Shown here piece by piece: positions 39,124 to 48,838 of a stretch of 64,000 bases of DNA. The stretch is taken from the IMG/VR virus record IMGVR_UViG_3300035181_000357, positions 124,001 through 188,000 of that record. One strand, 5' to 3'. A program made the position numbers and the translations under genes. Each line of letters opens with the position of its first letter. Positions within the stretch are counted from its first letter, which is position 1. The notes under the pieces are model-generated. The model did not search any database. It was not told the origin of the DNA and was given only the letters and a program-made list of their open reading frames with translations.

Positions 39124-41271
39124 ATGAAGCTGAGTGGCGTGCAGGAAGCGGGTTCGGTTCAGGTGATGGCACCTGGTGTCCAGAGAACCTTCCAGATCCA
39201 CAATAACATCAAGTCCTTCAGGATCCTGTCTGATGGCCTTTACAGTGATAAAATCACTGCGGTTATCCGGGAACTGTCCTGCAATGCCTGGGATTCTCAT
39301 GTGGCAGCTGGTAAGAAGACCGTGCCATTCGAGGTCCATTTCCCCACTGGCCTGGAACCCTGGTTCAGCGTCCGTGACTTCGGGATCGGTCTTTGTGAAG
39401 AGGACATCTACGACCTCTACACCACGTACTTCAGTTCCAGCAAGGACCAGTCGAACGAGTTCATCGGTGCACTCGGTCTCGGTTCCAAGTCTCCCTTCTC
39501 GTACTGTGAGACTTTCACGGTAACTTCGAACTTCAATGGTTCGAAGCAGATCTTCAGTGCTTTCATCAGCGAAGAAGGTCTCCCGACCATCATCAAGATG
39601 CACGAAGAGACTACGACTGAAGGCAATGGCCTGGAAGTCAAGTTCCCGGTGAAGCGTGATGACATCAGCAACTTCCACTACAAGGGTGCCAATGTCTTCG
39701 AGTTCTTCGAAGTCGCTCCCAAGCATAATCTCAGTGGACAGCGTATTCCCAAGAACGACTACATCCTTAAGGGTATCGTGGATGGGTGCTGGTGGGGGAT
39801 TCGTGCTGGTGCTGGCAACGTTCGTGCCGTCATGGGATCCATCTCCTATCCTCTCGATCTGAGTGGGCATGGTCTCAGCTCTGAAGAGCAGACTGTCGCC
39901 GCCTGTGGTATCGATATCCAGTTCAATCTTGGGGATCTCGAGATCGCTGCCAGCCGTGAAAAGCTGTCCTTCAACAAGATCACGATCGCCAACGTGACCA
40001 AGCGTTATCGTGCCATTTTCGAGCAGATGAACAAAGAGATCCACGACAAGCTCGATGCCGCTACCACTGTGTGGGATGCTCGCAAGGCTCTCTTCTTGAT
40101 GACGAATGACCAGTCGGTTGGTCGCATCGTTCGCAACCTGATCCAGACCAACTCGATCAAGGGCAAATACACCAACTTCGAGTTCGATGGTAGTACCTCT
40201 GGATCTTTCAAGGCCACGGAGTATCCGGAACTGAATGTCATCGGTGTCTCTCCTGCTTCTGGGATCTGGGCCAAGAAGAATCTGTATTCCAGTGACTACA
40301 AGGTTAAGATCGAAGCCTCTAGCAGTCAGCGATTCATCCTGAACGATATGTTCCGTGGTCACAACCAGATCCTCGCTGAACTGGTCAAGGATGGTAGTCG
40401 CTTCATCATGCTGACTCCTCGCAAACTCAAGGATCTCTCGGATGACGAGAAGGTCGAGGCTGCAAAGCTGGCTGCTGAACAGGTCGAGAAGTTCATGGCG
40501 AACTTCGAAGGTGCCAAGCTCGAGAAGATCAGCGACTACCATGATCTGCTTGAAAAGCGTGTCCCAGGTGAAAAGAAGACCCGGATTCGCAAGAACTACT
40601 TCCACTACGTCGGTAATAAGACCTGGGGTGGTTCGTTTGAGCACATCCCCGACGCCGAGTTCGATACGGCTACCGATGGCGATGTCTTGTTCTTCCCAAT
40701 TCACAACATGAAGCCAGCCCAGGACCGTATGGAGCAGGAAAGTGCCGAGGATTTCAGCACCTTCATCTATCGGCTTCGTCAGGCCGGGATCATAGGCAAG
40801 GATACCAAGCTGGTCGCCTACAAGGTTCGGGAAGAGTTCGAGATCTCTGAGCCTGAGAAGGATCTGCTCACTTTCGTGGACGAGACTATCGCCAAGAAGC
40901 TGACCGATCCCAAGATCGCTAGCTACTACAACGATGACAATTCCTTCACTGTCCCCGATCTCTTCAACTCCTATGAGATCTGGAACACTCGCAAGGGCAC
41001 AAAGGGTCAGGCTTTCTTCGCTACCAAGTTCGGTGCCTTGATGGCCGAATACCGAGAGTACAAGGATGGCCGGGACAAGAATTCTGAATTCATTCGTATG
41101 TGCTACACCCTTGGTATCAAGAAGCAGAAGAGTATGTTCACCAAGGATCTGGCCGATAAGTGCAAGAAAGTTGCCACCAAGTATCCCATGCTCAGTCTTC
41201 TCCAAACCTACTACATCGCCAACAACCTTGAAATTCTAACCGATTACCTGAATCTCGTTGATTCTCAGTAA
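39124..41271 (+). CDS. rIIA: RIIA-like protein (N-terminal GHKL ATPase)
   Basis: LYSDKITAVIRELSCNAWDSH, VRDFGIGL, GALGLGSKSPF; followed by rIIB-like gene. Confidence 0.8.
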   Translation: MKLSGVQEAGSVQVMAPGVQRTFQIHNNIKSFRILSDGLYSDKITAVIRELSCNAWDSHVAAGKKTVPFEVHFPTGLEPWFSVRDFGIGLCEEDIYDLYTTYFSSSKDQSNEFIGALGLGSKSPFSYCETFTVTSNFNGSKQIFSAFISEEGLPTIIKMHEETTTEGNGLEVKFPVKRDDISNFHYKGANVFEFFEVAPKHNLSGQRIPKNDYILKGIVDGCWWGIRAGAGNVRAVMGSISYPLDLSGHGLSSEEQTVAACGIDIQFNLGDLEIAASREKLSFNKITIANVTKRYRAIFEQMNKEIHDKLDAATTVWDARKALFLMTNDQSVGRIVRNLIQTNSIKGKYTNFEFDGSTSGSFKATEYPELNVIGVSPASGIWAKKNLYSSDYKVKIEASSSQRFILNDMFRGHNQILAELVKDGSRFIMLTPRKLKDLSDDEKVEAAKLAAEQVEKFMANFEGAKLEKISDYHDLLEKRVPGEKKTRIRKNYFHYVGNKTWGGSFEHIPDAEFDTATDGDVLFFPIHNMKPAQDRMEQESAEDFSTFIYRLRQAGIIGKDTKLVAYKVREEFEISEPEKDLLTFVDETIAKKLTDPKIASYYNDDNSFTVPDLFNSYEIWNTRKGTKGQAFFATKFGALMAEYREYKDGRDKNSEFIRMCYTLGIKKQKSMFTKDLADKCKKVATKYPMLSLLQTYYIANNLEILTDYLNLVDSQ

Positions 41272-41292
41272 TCCAACCCAGAAGGAGATACC

Positions 41293-42408
41293 ATGTTTCC
41301 AATGATCATCACCAAGTCGTATATCAATCTCGTGATTGGTGGACGCTCTCGAACGGTGGAAGCTTCCAACAAGTTCTTCCCTCAGCTTCTTGATGCAGTC
41401 AAGAACCAGGCTTGGGAGGCTGTTGATACGCTCTCCGATCTGGCCCAGGCCATCAACAAGGCTGGTGCTGGCAAGGTCGTGGTCGAAGACGGTGTTGTCT
41501 TCTACGATGGTATGCCTGTCCACAACATCGTCGCCACCAGAATCCTGGACATGCTGGCCGAGGGTTGGACTGTGGATCCTATGATCAAGTTCTTGGAGAA
41601 CCTGCTCCAGAACCCTGTGGCATCTGCCATCGATGAGCTCTATCTCTTCATGGAAGCCAATTCCCTGCCTCTGACTCCGGATGGACATTTCCTGGCCTAC
41701 AAGGTGGTCACTTCCAACTTCAAGGACAAGCAGACCAAGACCTTTGACAATTCGGTCGGTGCTGTCCTGGATATGGATCGTGCCAAGTGCGATCTGGATC
41801 GGAACAACCATTGCAGTAGTGGTTTCCACTTCTGTGGCTTCAGCTATCTCTGTCACTTCGGTTCTGCCGATGACCAGATCATGATCGTCAAAGTGAATCC
41901 CAAGGATGTCACCAGCATTCCTAGCGACTACCAGAATGCCAAGGGTCGTGCCTGTCACTATGTGATCCAGGAGCACTACGGCAAGTTCAGTGACTTCTTC
42001 GAAGTCGATCGTCTGGCCACTGCGGCTGTCACCGAGACCAGTGAGATCGAGTTCCTTGCTGTCGAAGGCAATCCCATTCGTAGCCTTCGTGAGCTTCTCG
42101 GATTCAGCCAGCGCGAAGTGGCCGAGTATGCTGGCTACAGCAAGTCAACGCTGTGGAATGCCGAGCAGATCTCCAACACTCCCAAGGTCGAGACGATGGA
42201 TCGCTGGGCCCAGGCCATGACCGATCTTCGCAACGAGCGAGACGAGACGAGTGTTCGTAAGTACACCTTCAAGATCGATGAAGCCATTCGCATCATGATC
42301 GAGACCCTCCCAAGCGAGGACGAGGCTGAATTCGAAACCTCCTTGAGTGACTTCGAGCCTGAATACTGCGAGGACTGTGATCAGGATCTCGACGACTGCG
42401 ACTGTTAA
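41293..42408 (+). CDS. rIIB: RIIB-like protein with C-terminal XRE-type HTH
   Basis: LTPDGHFLAYK, CSSGFHFC, VKVNPKDV, KGRAC; then LRELLGFSQREVAEYAGYSKSTLWNAE. Confidence 0.8.
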   Translation: MFPMIITKSYINLVIGGRSRTVEASNKFFPQLLDAVKNQAWEAVDTLSDLAQAINKAGAGKVVVEDGVVFYDGMPVHNIVATRILDMLAEGWTVDPMIKFLENLLQNPVASAIDELYLFMEANSLPLTPDGHFLAYKVVTSNFKDKQTKTFDNSVGAVLDMDRAKCDLDRNNHCSSGFHFCGFSYLCHFGSADDQIMIVKVNPKDVTSIPSDYQNAKGRACHYVIQEHYGKFSDFFEVDRLATAAVTETSEIEFLAVEGNPIRSLRELLGFSQREVAEYAGYSKSTLWNAEQISNTPKVETMDRWAQAMTDLRNERDETSVRKYTFKIDEAIRIMIETLPSEDEAEFETSLSDFEPEYCEDCDQDLDDCDC

Positions 42409-42432
42409 GTCCTACAATCCCAATGACTTCCG

Positions 42433-42456
42433 ATGGGGCCTTAAGTGGCCCCATTT
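42433..42456 (+). terminator. Intrinsic terminator
   Basis: ATGGGGCC-TTAAGT-GGCCCCAT-TT. Confidence 0.7.
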
Positions 42457-42470
42457 CATTGGTTAAGAAA

Positions 42471-42503
42471 TTATCCTGAATGGTAAGAACCCAGTAATAT
42501 AGT
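42471..42503 (+). promoter_or_regulatory. Conserved phage promoter motif, copy 5
   Basis: TTATCC-N18-TAATAT-AGT directly after terminator. Confidence 0.7.
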
Positions 42504-42521
42504 TTCTTGAGGAGAATCGCC

Positions 42522-42923
42522 ATGATCACCACCATCAGCCGTTCTGACATGTCTGTCCTTCGTTCCGAGGTCAATGCGGCCATCGCCGCTGTCGCCACCA
42601 AACATGGTCTGGTGATGGCCCTGGGATCCGGGAAGTTCAATGAAAAGAACGCTTCCTTCAAGCTCGAGATCTCCACCAAGGATCAGAATACTGGGATGGT
42701 GAAGAGCAGGGAAGCCACCAGCTTCGAAGTCAATGCCCATTTCTACGGCTTCAAGGCCGAGGATCTCGGTACCACCTTCAAATCGAATGGTCGGACTTTC
42801 AAGATCACGGGTCTCAACACTCGTCGTCCCAAGTTCCCTCTCCTGGCTGTCTGTGTGGAAGATGGGCGAACCTACAAGTTCCCTGACACGACCGTCCTGG
42901 CCTACCTTGGCCGAAAGAAGTAA
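42522..42923 (+). CDS. Hypothetical protein
   Basis: GAGGAG RBS before ATG 42522 (track start 42507). Confidence 0.65.
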   Translation: MITTISRSDMSVLRSEVNAAIAAVATKHGLVMALGSGKFNEKNASFKLEISTKDQNTGMVKSREATSFEVNAHFYGFKAEDLGTTFKSNGRTFKITGLNTRRPKFPLLAVCVEDGRTYKFPDTTVLAYLGRKK

Positions 42924-42925
42924 CG

Positions 42926-43282
42926 ATGCTCAAGGTCCTGTTCATCGACGATCAGATCGAGCGTGTGGAAGCTGCTAAAGCGTATCTGACCAGAGAGGGG
43001 GACGAATTCACCTGGGCTACTGAAGTCCCCAACAACCTCGAAGACTACGACATCATCTCTTTCGATAACGATCTCGGTGTTGCTCCTGAAAAGGATGTCG
43101 TGATCCAGTTGGGTAAGCGTCTGTTCTGTGGTAACTGTTCTCTCGCGAACAAGATCATCACGGTCCATTCTATGAACCCTGTGGCCGCTGCCCGTATTGG
43201 AAGCTTGTGTGAAGGTTTGGGTGCCACCAATGTGGCCATCGTTCCCTTCTCTCGTATGTTGTTAGGTCCCAACCAGTTGTAG
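42926..43282 (+). CDS. Standalone receiver-like domain, cyclic-phosphate-processing receiver (cREC) type
   Basis: VLFIDD, IISFDNDLG, ITVHSMNP..A..I motif set. Confidence 0.65.
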   Translation: MLKVLFIDDQIERVEAAKAYLTREGDEFTWATEVPNNLEDYDIISFDNDLGVAPEKDVVIQLGKRLFCGNCSLANKIITVHSMNPVAAARIGSLCEGLGATNVAIVPFSRMLLGPNQL

Positions 43283-43287
43283 GAGTT

Positions 43288-44091
43288 GTGGTGCACAAGT
43301 TCTATTCTGACCGTTCCGATAACGATGACCACGCCGATCAGAACGGCTGGAACCATGGTCTTGGTAAGGTTGTTCGCAAGGCCGTTCAGGATCCTGAGGC
43401 TACTGCCTACGATAGCTTGGATTCCCTTCCGAAGCACGAAAACAACCACAAACGCCTTGGGTACTGGGGACATCGTCGTCCCAACATCCACTGGCGAAAG
43501 GTCAATCGTTGGGTTCTGGCCCAGGTTGGTAGGCATATCGACGATGTCCGTTCTGAGTTCATCAAACTGGCCAACGAAGGTGATCCCTACATCCGTGAAC
43601 GCCTCGTCTCAGCTTTCGAATCCAATGTCCCGACCATCCGTGGGCAGATTGAAATCTGCATCAGCAAAGAGGGTGGATGGCCATACCTTGGTCTGGTTAC
43701 TGAAACCGGGCACATCGAAAAGAGCTACTACCGTCGTCGAGATCTGTACATCAATCTCTCTGGGATCATCTGTCAGGTTTCCAACAAGACGTACAAGGAG
43801 CTTGAACGCCTTCAGGAGAAGCAGCGGAAGGAAAGCAACAACAAGGTTATCTGGGTTAATGATGTCCGAGGTTTCATCTGTCTCCGGGATCAGTGGTTCG
43901 AAGTCATCTATGCTAAGTTGAACTCTGATTTCAATCGCAATCTTCTTAGCCTTGACTGTCTTCTGTGTCGGAAGCTGAAGAAGAGCTGGTATAACTCGCA
44001 CCTCGAAGTCTTCGGTCATCTCCACGGTAATATCTACTGTGTCGCCCTTCGGTCTGTGTCTTATCGAGATATCGAAAAACTTCTTGTGTAG
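43288..44091 (+). CDS. Hypothetical protein
   Basis: 267 aa, GTG start after AGGAG. Confidence 0.65.
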   Translation: MVHKFYSDRSDNDDHADQNGWNHGLGKVVRKAVQDPEATAYDSLDSLPKHENNHKRLGYWGHRRPNIHWRKVNRWVLAQVGRHIDDVRSEFIKLANEGDPYIRERLVSAFESNVPTIRGQIEICISKEGGWPYLGLVTETGHIEKSYYRRRDLYINLSGIICQVSNKTYKELERLQEKQRKESNNKVIWVNDVRGFICLRDQWFEVIYAKLNSDFNRNLLSLDCLLCRKLKKSWYNSHLEVFGHLHGNIYCVALRSVSYRDIEKLLV

Positions 44092-44412
44092 TTCTTTTAA
44101 ATCAAAGACGATTCTTTTAAGTTTGCTATGATTGCTGATGAACTTAACTTAACAAGGTGAAGTAATGTATCGTGAACATGATGAAAAAGAATGTAAGAGC
44201 TGTAATTGCCCTGAGCATGGTAAGCCAAATGGTGGGGCAGGAGAGATTACCCTCCTGTTTGTAATCATTGTTGTTGTTGTTCTCTTGTATTGGAGATAAC
44301 ATGGCTGAATGTAGGCAATGTCAAAATCCTCATCTCAAAAGTCTTCGGATCTCTACATGGTAATGTCTACTACATTATCGAGATATCGAAAAACTTCTTG
44401 TGTAGTTCTTTT
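44061..44412 (+). repeat. 38-bp exact direct repeat with degenerate upstream extension
   Basis: TTATCGAGATATCGAAAAACTTCTTGTGTAGTTCTTTT at 44061-44098 and 44375-44412. Confidence 0.9.
44165..44299 (+). CDS. 44-aa Cys-containing membrane peptide
   Basis: MYREHDEKECKSCNCPEHGKPNGGAGEITLLFVIIVVVVLLYWR; AAGGTG RBS. Confidence 0.5.
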   Translation: MYREHDEKECKSCNCPEHGKPNGGAGEITLLFVIIVVVVLLYWR

Positions 44413-44494
44413 GACTTCGAGTAATAATTATGTAGAACCAAACGGTTCTCTTCCCACAGAGAGTGGGTCGTATTAAAAATACACGGAGAGTGTC

Positions 44495-45508
44495 ATGCAT
44501 GAATATGCGATCGTCATCGGAAGATTTCAACCCTTCCATCTGGCCCACAAGCAACTGCTCGAGAAAGCGTTCGAGGTTGCGAGTAGGGTCATAATTATTT
44601 TAGGTAGCCATGCAGCTGCCCAAACTTCCAAGAATCCCTGGACTAGTCAAGAACGAATCAAGATGATCGAGTCGGCTCTGACACAAGAGCAGAGTGATCG
44701 CATTACATTCCTTCCAGTCCGCGACTATCTTTACAATGAGAATGTCTGGTTGTCTGAAATTCAGCAGAAGGTTAAGGTGGTCACCAACAACTCCAAATCG
44801 GTCGTGTTGATTGGTCACATGAAGGATGAGTCAAGCAGTTATCTCAAGACTTTCCCTCAGTGGGAATTCATTGAGACCAAGGCCGCTTTTGATCTGTCTG
44901 CTACTGATATTCGCCATTCTCTGTTCACCACTGAAGGATGGGCTGACTCAGCTCAAAAAGTTCCTCAGAAGGTGCAAAACTATCTGGTCAACTGGTGCCG
45001 AACTTCGGACTATGTTCGCCTGAAGGAAGAGTACACCTACCTCCAGAAGTATAAGGCTTCTTGGGCTGTGGCTCCTTATCCTGTGACCTTCGTGACTGCT
45101 GACGCTGTCGTGATCAAGTCTGGTCACGTCCTAGTGGTCAAGCGTGGTGGAAATCCTGGCAAGGGCTTGATCGCTCTCCCTGGTGGATTCGTAAATCAGA
45201 ATGAAAGCCTTGATGTGGCTTGCCTTCGAGAGCTCAAGGAAGAGACCAAGATAAAGGTCAGCATGGATAAGCTGACCTCTGCTCGTCAAACCAACCACGT
45301 GTTCGACCACCCACAGCGTAGTCTCCGTGGTCGTACTATCACTTATGCCTACCTGTTCGACTTGGGTAAAGAGGGAGACCTCCCAACCGTCAAGGGTTCA
45401 GATGATGCCGAGACTGCTTTCTGGATGCCTATTGGAGATGTATATTCCAATGAGGCTACCTTCTTCGAAGATCATCGCGACATCATTCTCTATTTCCTCG
45501 GCCGATAG
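44495..45508 (+). CDS. nadM: Bifunctional NMN adenylyltransferase / Nudix hydrolase (NadM-Nudix)
   Basis: IGRFQPFHLAH (HxxH), SATDIR, ALPGGF...RELKEET Nudix box. Confidence 0.95.
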   Translation: MHEYAIVIGRFQPFHLAHKQLLEKAFEVASRVIIILGSHAAAQTSKNPWTSQERIKMIESALTQEQSDRITFLPVRDYLYNENVWLSEIQQKVKVVTNNSKSVVLIGHMKDESSSYLKTFPQWEFIETKAAFDLSATDIRHSLFTTEGWADSAQKVPQKVQNYLVNWCRTSDYVRLKEEYTYLQKYKASWAVAPYPVTFVTADAVVIKSGHVLVVKRGGNPGKGLIALPGGFVNQNESLDVACLRELKEETKIKVSMDKLTSARQTNHVFDHPQRSLRGRTITYAYLFDLGKEGDLPTVKGSDDAETAFWMPIGDVYSNEATFFEDHRDIILYFLGR

Positions 45509-45514
45509 GCTACC

Positions 45515-45826
45515 ATGAATTCTCACAAACCTACTCCAACCATTTCCTACAAGGACAACTGGTACCATCACGAATACTATGTCGATGGGAAACAACTCAA
45601 GGACATTAGACGAGTTGAGATCGGAAAAGAATTAAAGTCATTCGTAGTTCCTGTCAACTCGTTCAAGGATGCTGTGACCTATAACGATATGGGTCATGAA
45701 TATACGTCATATTCAACTCAGTTTACCGTGACCATGCGCGACGAGATGCTTCTGATTCCAAACGAAATCCCTCTATCACGTCTTCTCAGTCTTGGCTTCT
45801 TCGTCAAACTCGTTGATGGTGAATAA
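45515..45826 (+). CDS. Hypothetical protein
   Basis: 103-aa ORF between the NAD genes. Confidence 0.55.
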   Translation: MNSHKPTPTISYKDNWYHHEYYVDGKQLKDIRRVEIGKELKSFVVPVNSFKDAVTYNDMGHEYTSYSTQFTVTMRDEMLLIPNEIPLSRLLSLGFFVKLVDGE

Positions 45827-45848
45827 ACTTTCCTAAAGGAGAAATACC

Positions 45849-47261
45849 ATGTATAATTATAACTTGATACTAGATTCGGATAGTTACAAAATGTCTCACT
45901 GGGTACAATACCCACATGGAGATAACTTCAAGACCACTTCCATGTTCTCCTATCTGGAGAGTCGTGGTGGTAAATATGATTTCACCCTTTGGTTCGGACT
46001 CCAGTATCTCTTGAAAGAATACTTGTCCCAGCCCATCACGATGGAGATGGTCGAAGAAGCCAAGGAGATCACTGAACTCCACGGTACTCCCTTCAATTAT
46101 GATGGTTGGAAGTACATTGTCGAGAAGCTTGGTGGTCGTATTCCTGTTCGTATCCGTGCCGTCCCTGAAGGAACTAAGGTTCCTATCCACAATATCCTGA
46201 TGTCCGTCGAATCCACTGATGGGAATGTGCCATGGATCGCCAGCCATGTGGAAACCATGCTTATGCGTTGTTGGTATCCTACTACTGTAGCCACTCAATC
46301 CAAGACCATCAAGGATCTTATCCTCAGCTATCTCACAAAGACATCAGAAGATCCTCAAGATGAGATCGCTTTCAAGCTTCACGACTTCGGTAGCCGTGGT
46401 GTCAGCTCCTTTGAATCTGCTGGCTGGGGTGGTGCTGCCCATCTGGTAAACTTCATGGGAACTGATACGATTGCTGGTCTTCTCCTAGCTCGTAAGTTCT
46501 ATCATGAACCTATGGCTGGTTACTCTATCCCTGCTGCCGAGCACAGTACTATCACTAGCTGGGGTCGTGAGAACGAAGTCCAAGCATATCGTAACATGCT
46601 CAAGCAGTATGCTAAGCCTGGTGCATTACTGGCTGTGGTCTCTGATTCCTACGATATCTACAACGCTTGTGAGAATCTCTGGGGTGGAGAGCTTCGCCAG
46701 GAAGTCATTAACTCCGGCGCTACCGTGGTTATCCGCCCTGACTCTGGTCATCCTGCTACTGTGGTTCTCAAGTGCCTCGAGCTTCTCGGTTCAAAATTCG
46801 GCTACACCATTAATTCTAAGAACTACCGCGTACTCAATAACGTTCGTGTTATCCAGGGTGACGGTGTGAATTACGACTCCATCCTGGAGATCTTGGAAGT
46901 TGCCACTCAACATGGTTGGTCTGCCACCAACATCGCCTTTGGTATGGGTGGTGCTCTTCTTCAAATCGTCAACCGTGATACTCAGCAGTTCGCCTATAAG
47001 TGCAGCAGCATGACTCGTACCTACACTGATGGGCACGAAGAGCAGATTGATGTCTACAAGCAGCCTAAGACCGACTCTATGAAGAACTCTAAGCGTGGTC
47101 GGCTGGATCTGATCTTGACTGAGACTGGGTATCACACTGTCAAACTCCTTCTTGGTGAACAGGCCCATCCTGCCTCTGCAATGCAGACCGTCTATGAAAA
47201 TGGTGAGATCCTGGTTGATGACACCTTTGATATTATTCGTGAGAGGTCCAACCATGTCTAG
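45849..47261 (+). CDS. nadV: Nicotinamide phosphoribosyltransferase
   Basis: DSYKMSH, KLHDFGSRG, IPAAEHSTI, VSDSYD, VIRPDSG, IQGDG, KSKRG-like C-terminus. Confidence 0.95.
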   Translation: MYNYNLILDSDSYKMSHWVQYPHGDNFKTTSMFSYLESRGGKYDFTLWFGLQYLLKEYLSQPITMEMVEEAKEITELHGTPFNYDGWKYIVEKLGGRIPVRIRAVPEGTKVPIHNILMSVESTDGNVPWIASHVETMLMRCWYPTTVATQSKTIKDLILSYLTKTSEDPQDEIAFKLHDFGSRGVSSFESAGWGGAAHLVNFMGTDTIAGLLLARKFYHEPMAGYSIPAAEHSTITSWGRENEVQAYRNMLKQYAKPGALLAVVSDSYDIYNACENLWGGELRQEVINSGATVVIRPDSGHPATVVLKCLELLGSKFGYTINSKNYRVLNNVRVIQGDGVNYDSILEILEVATQHGWSATNIAFGMGGALLQIVNRDTQQFAYKCSSMTRTYTDGHEEQIDVYKQPKTDSMKNSKRGRLDLILTETGYHTVKLLLGEQAHPASAMQTVYENGEILVDDTFDIIRERSNHV

Positions 47262-48159
47262 TTGGAATAAGATCGAGATCAAAGAATCGTCTGAGGGTAA
47301 TGTCTGGAAGTTTGTATTCACCAAGGACGATGCCATTGTTGAGGCAGTTCTTTATCGCTATGAGTCATTTGAAGAGAGAACTGTCATTTGTTTTTCTGTT
47401 CAATCGGGTTGTCCCGTTGGTTGTAAATTCTGTGGAACCGGGGGTCACTATGTAAGAAATCTAACAGCAAACGAAATTGCATCCCAAGTTTGGCACATCA
47501 TCCGTCTAATGAAGATTGACCCATTTAAGGTCAAAAAATTTCAATTGATGGGAATGTCGATGGGTGAGCCGATGCTCAATTGGGAGAATCTAAAGGAAGC
47601 AATTACCCTCCTAAAAGAGTTCGGATACACTCATGCTCAATACCTAATCAGCACAGTAGGTATCGCAGATCTCGATACATTCAATGACATCATCGGATTT
47701 TCTAGAGAGAATCCCCAGATCGGTCTTCAATTCTCTATCCACAAGTCTACAGATGAACAGCGAAATAGACTTATTCCATACAAGAATAAGCTGACCTTAT
47801 ATGAACTCATGGTAGCTGGTGTCAACTGGCATTCTGCAACAGGACGTCCAGTATATCTCAACTATTGTATCGATGGTACCAATAACACAGAAGATGATTT
47901 CAATAACTTGAGGGGTATGTTCAATCCTGAAGTATTTAATTTGACATTTTCTGTGATCTGTGCTAAGAATGAATCTATCAAAGATGCGGCATATCGTAAT
48001 CTCGATGTCATCAATGCTTTCAGTCAGAAATTCCTGGAAGATGGATACAACGTCCGTGTCTTCAATCCAGCAGGTCAGGACGACATCGGTGGTGGATGTG
48101 GCCAGTTATTCGCTGTTCAGAACTGGTTCGAAAATCATAAACACCGTGGGGAGGTTTGA
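47254..48159 (+). CDS. RlmN/Cfr-family class A radical SAM RNA methyltransferase-like protein
   Basis: ICFSVQSGCPVGCKFC (CxxxCxxC plus upstream Cys), MGEP, STVG, SIH, GGCGQL; ATG 47254 overlaps nadV end. Confidence 0.85.
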   Translation: MSSWNKIEIKESSEGNVWKFVFTKDDAIVEAVLYRYESFEERTVICFSVQSGCPVGCKFCGTGGHYVRNLTANEIASQVWHIIRLMKIDPFKVKKFQLMGMSMGEPMLNWENLKEAITLLKEFGYTHAQYLISTVGIADLDTFNDIIGFSRENPQIGLQFSIHKSTDEQRNRLIPYKNKLTLYELMVAGVNWHSATGRPVYLNYCIDGTNNTEDDFNNLRGMFNPEVFNLTFSVICAKNESIKDAAYRNLDVINAFSQKFLEDGYNVRVFNPAGQDDIGGGCGQLFAVQNWFENHKHRGEV

Positions 48160-48190
48160 GTATAACCTAGTTAGTTCCCAGGAGATATCC

Positions 48191-48838
48191 TTGTCAAAAA
48201 ATGATGAACCTATCCTAATCCCTATCTCCATGGAAAAAGACGAAGAGACATGTAGAGAAGTCTTGTGTAAGTATACTCCCACTATCTACGTCCGTGGTGA
48301 GTTTAATGATGAGATGGTTGAGTCGTTTAGAAAAGCGGTCAACACTATTAAGTATGAACGAAATATTGACATCGCTACCGTAGATATCAGTAGCCCAGGT
48401 GGTTCAGTTCTGTCTCTGTTCGAGATGCTTGGAACCATGCAACAGTCTGGGTTAAAGTATCTCACATACTGTAGTGGACAAGCAGCATCCTGTGCAGCGA
48501 TCTTGTTATCGGCTGGTGAACCAGGACAACGATGGATTTCACCGATGGGATCTACCATGATCCATGGTGTTAGTAATTTCTTGGGATATGCACCGTTTGA
48601 AGAGCATGTAGTAGAACAGGAATTTATTGCAAAGACTAACGAGAAGTTGATGCACCTGTTAGCTAAAAATTGTAAGATGCCGTATAAGGGTTTGATGAAG
48701 AAGATCAAGGATTCTGGTGCTCGTTCTCTATGGCTACTGGCCGAGGATACACTACAACTTGGTCTCGTAGATAAGATCGGGTATCCTGTCGTCATCAAAG
48801 AAAATCAGTACGCAGTAAAGAATGCTTTAGATAAGTAA
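48191..48838 (+). CDS. clpP: ClpP-like serine protease
   Basis: ISSPGGSV, GQAASCAAILLSAG, MIHGV, ALQLGLVD-like tail; TTG start after GGAG. Confidence 0.85.
   Translation: MSKNDEPILIPISMEKDEETCREVLCKYTPTIYVRGEFNDEMVESFRKAVNTIKYERNIDIATVDISSPGGSVLSLFEMLGTMQQSGLKYLTYCSGQAASCAAILLSAGEPGQRWISPMGSTMIHGVSNFLGYAPFEEHVVEQEFIAKTNEKLMHLLAKNCKMPYKGLMKKIKDSGARSLWLLAEDTLQLGLVDKIGYPVVIKENQYAVKNALDK

Noticed and set aside
39067-41976. Long minus-strand ORFs (712 aa and 246 aa) and similar antisense ORFs across 37-58 kb
   Set aside because: They mirror well-supported plus-strand genes (rIIA, rIIB, nadV) in a region of strong codon bias, and have no motifs or RBS; shadow ORFs
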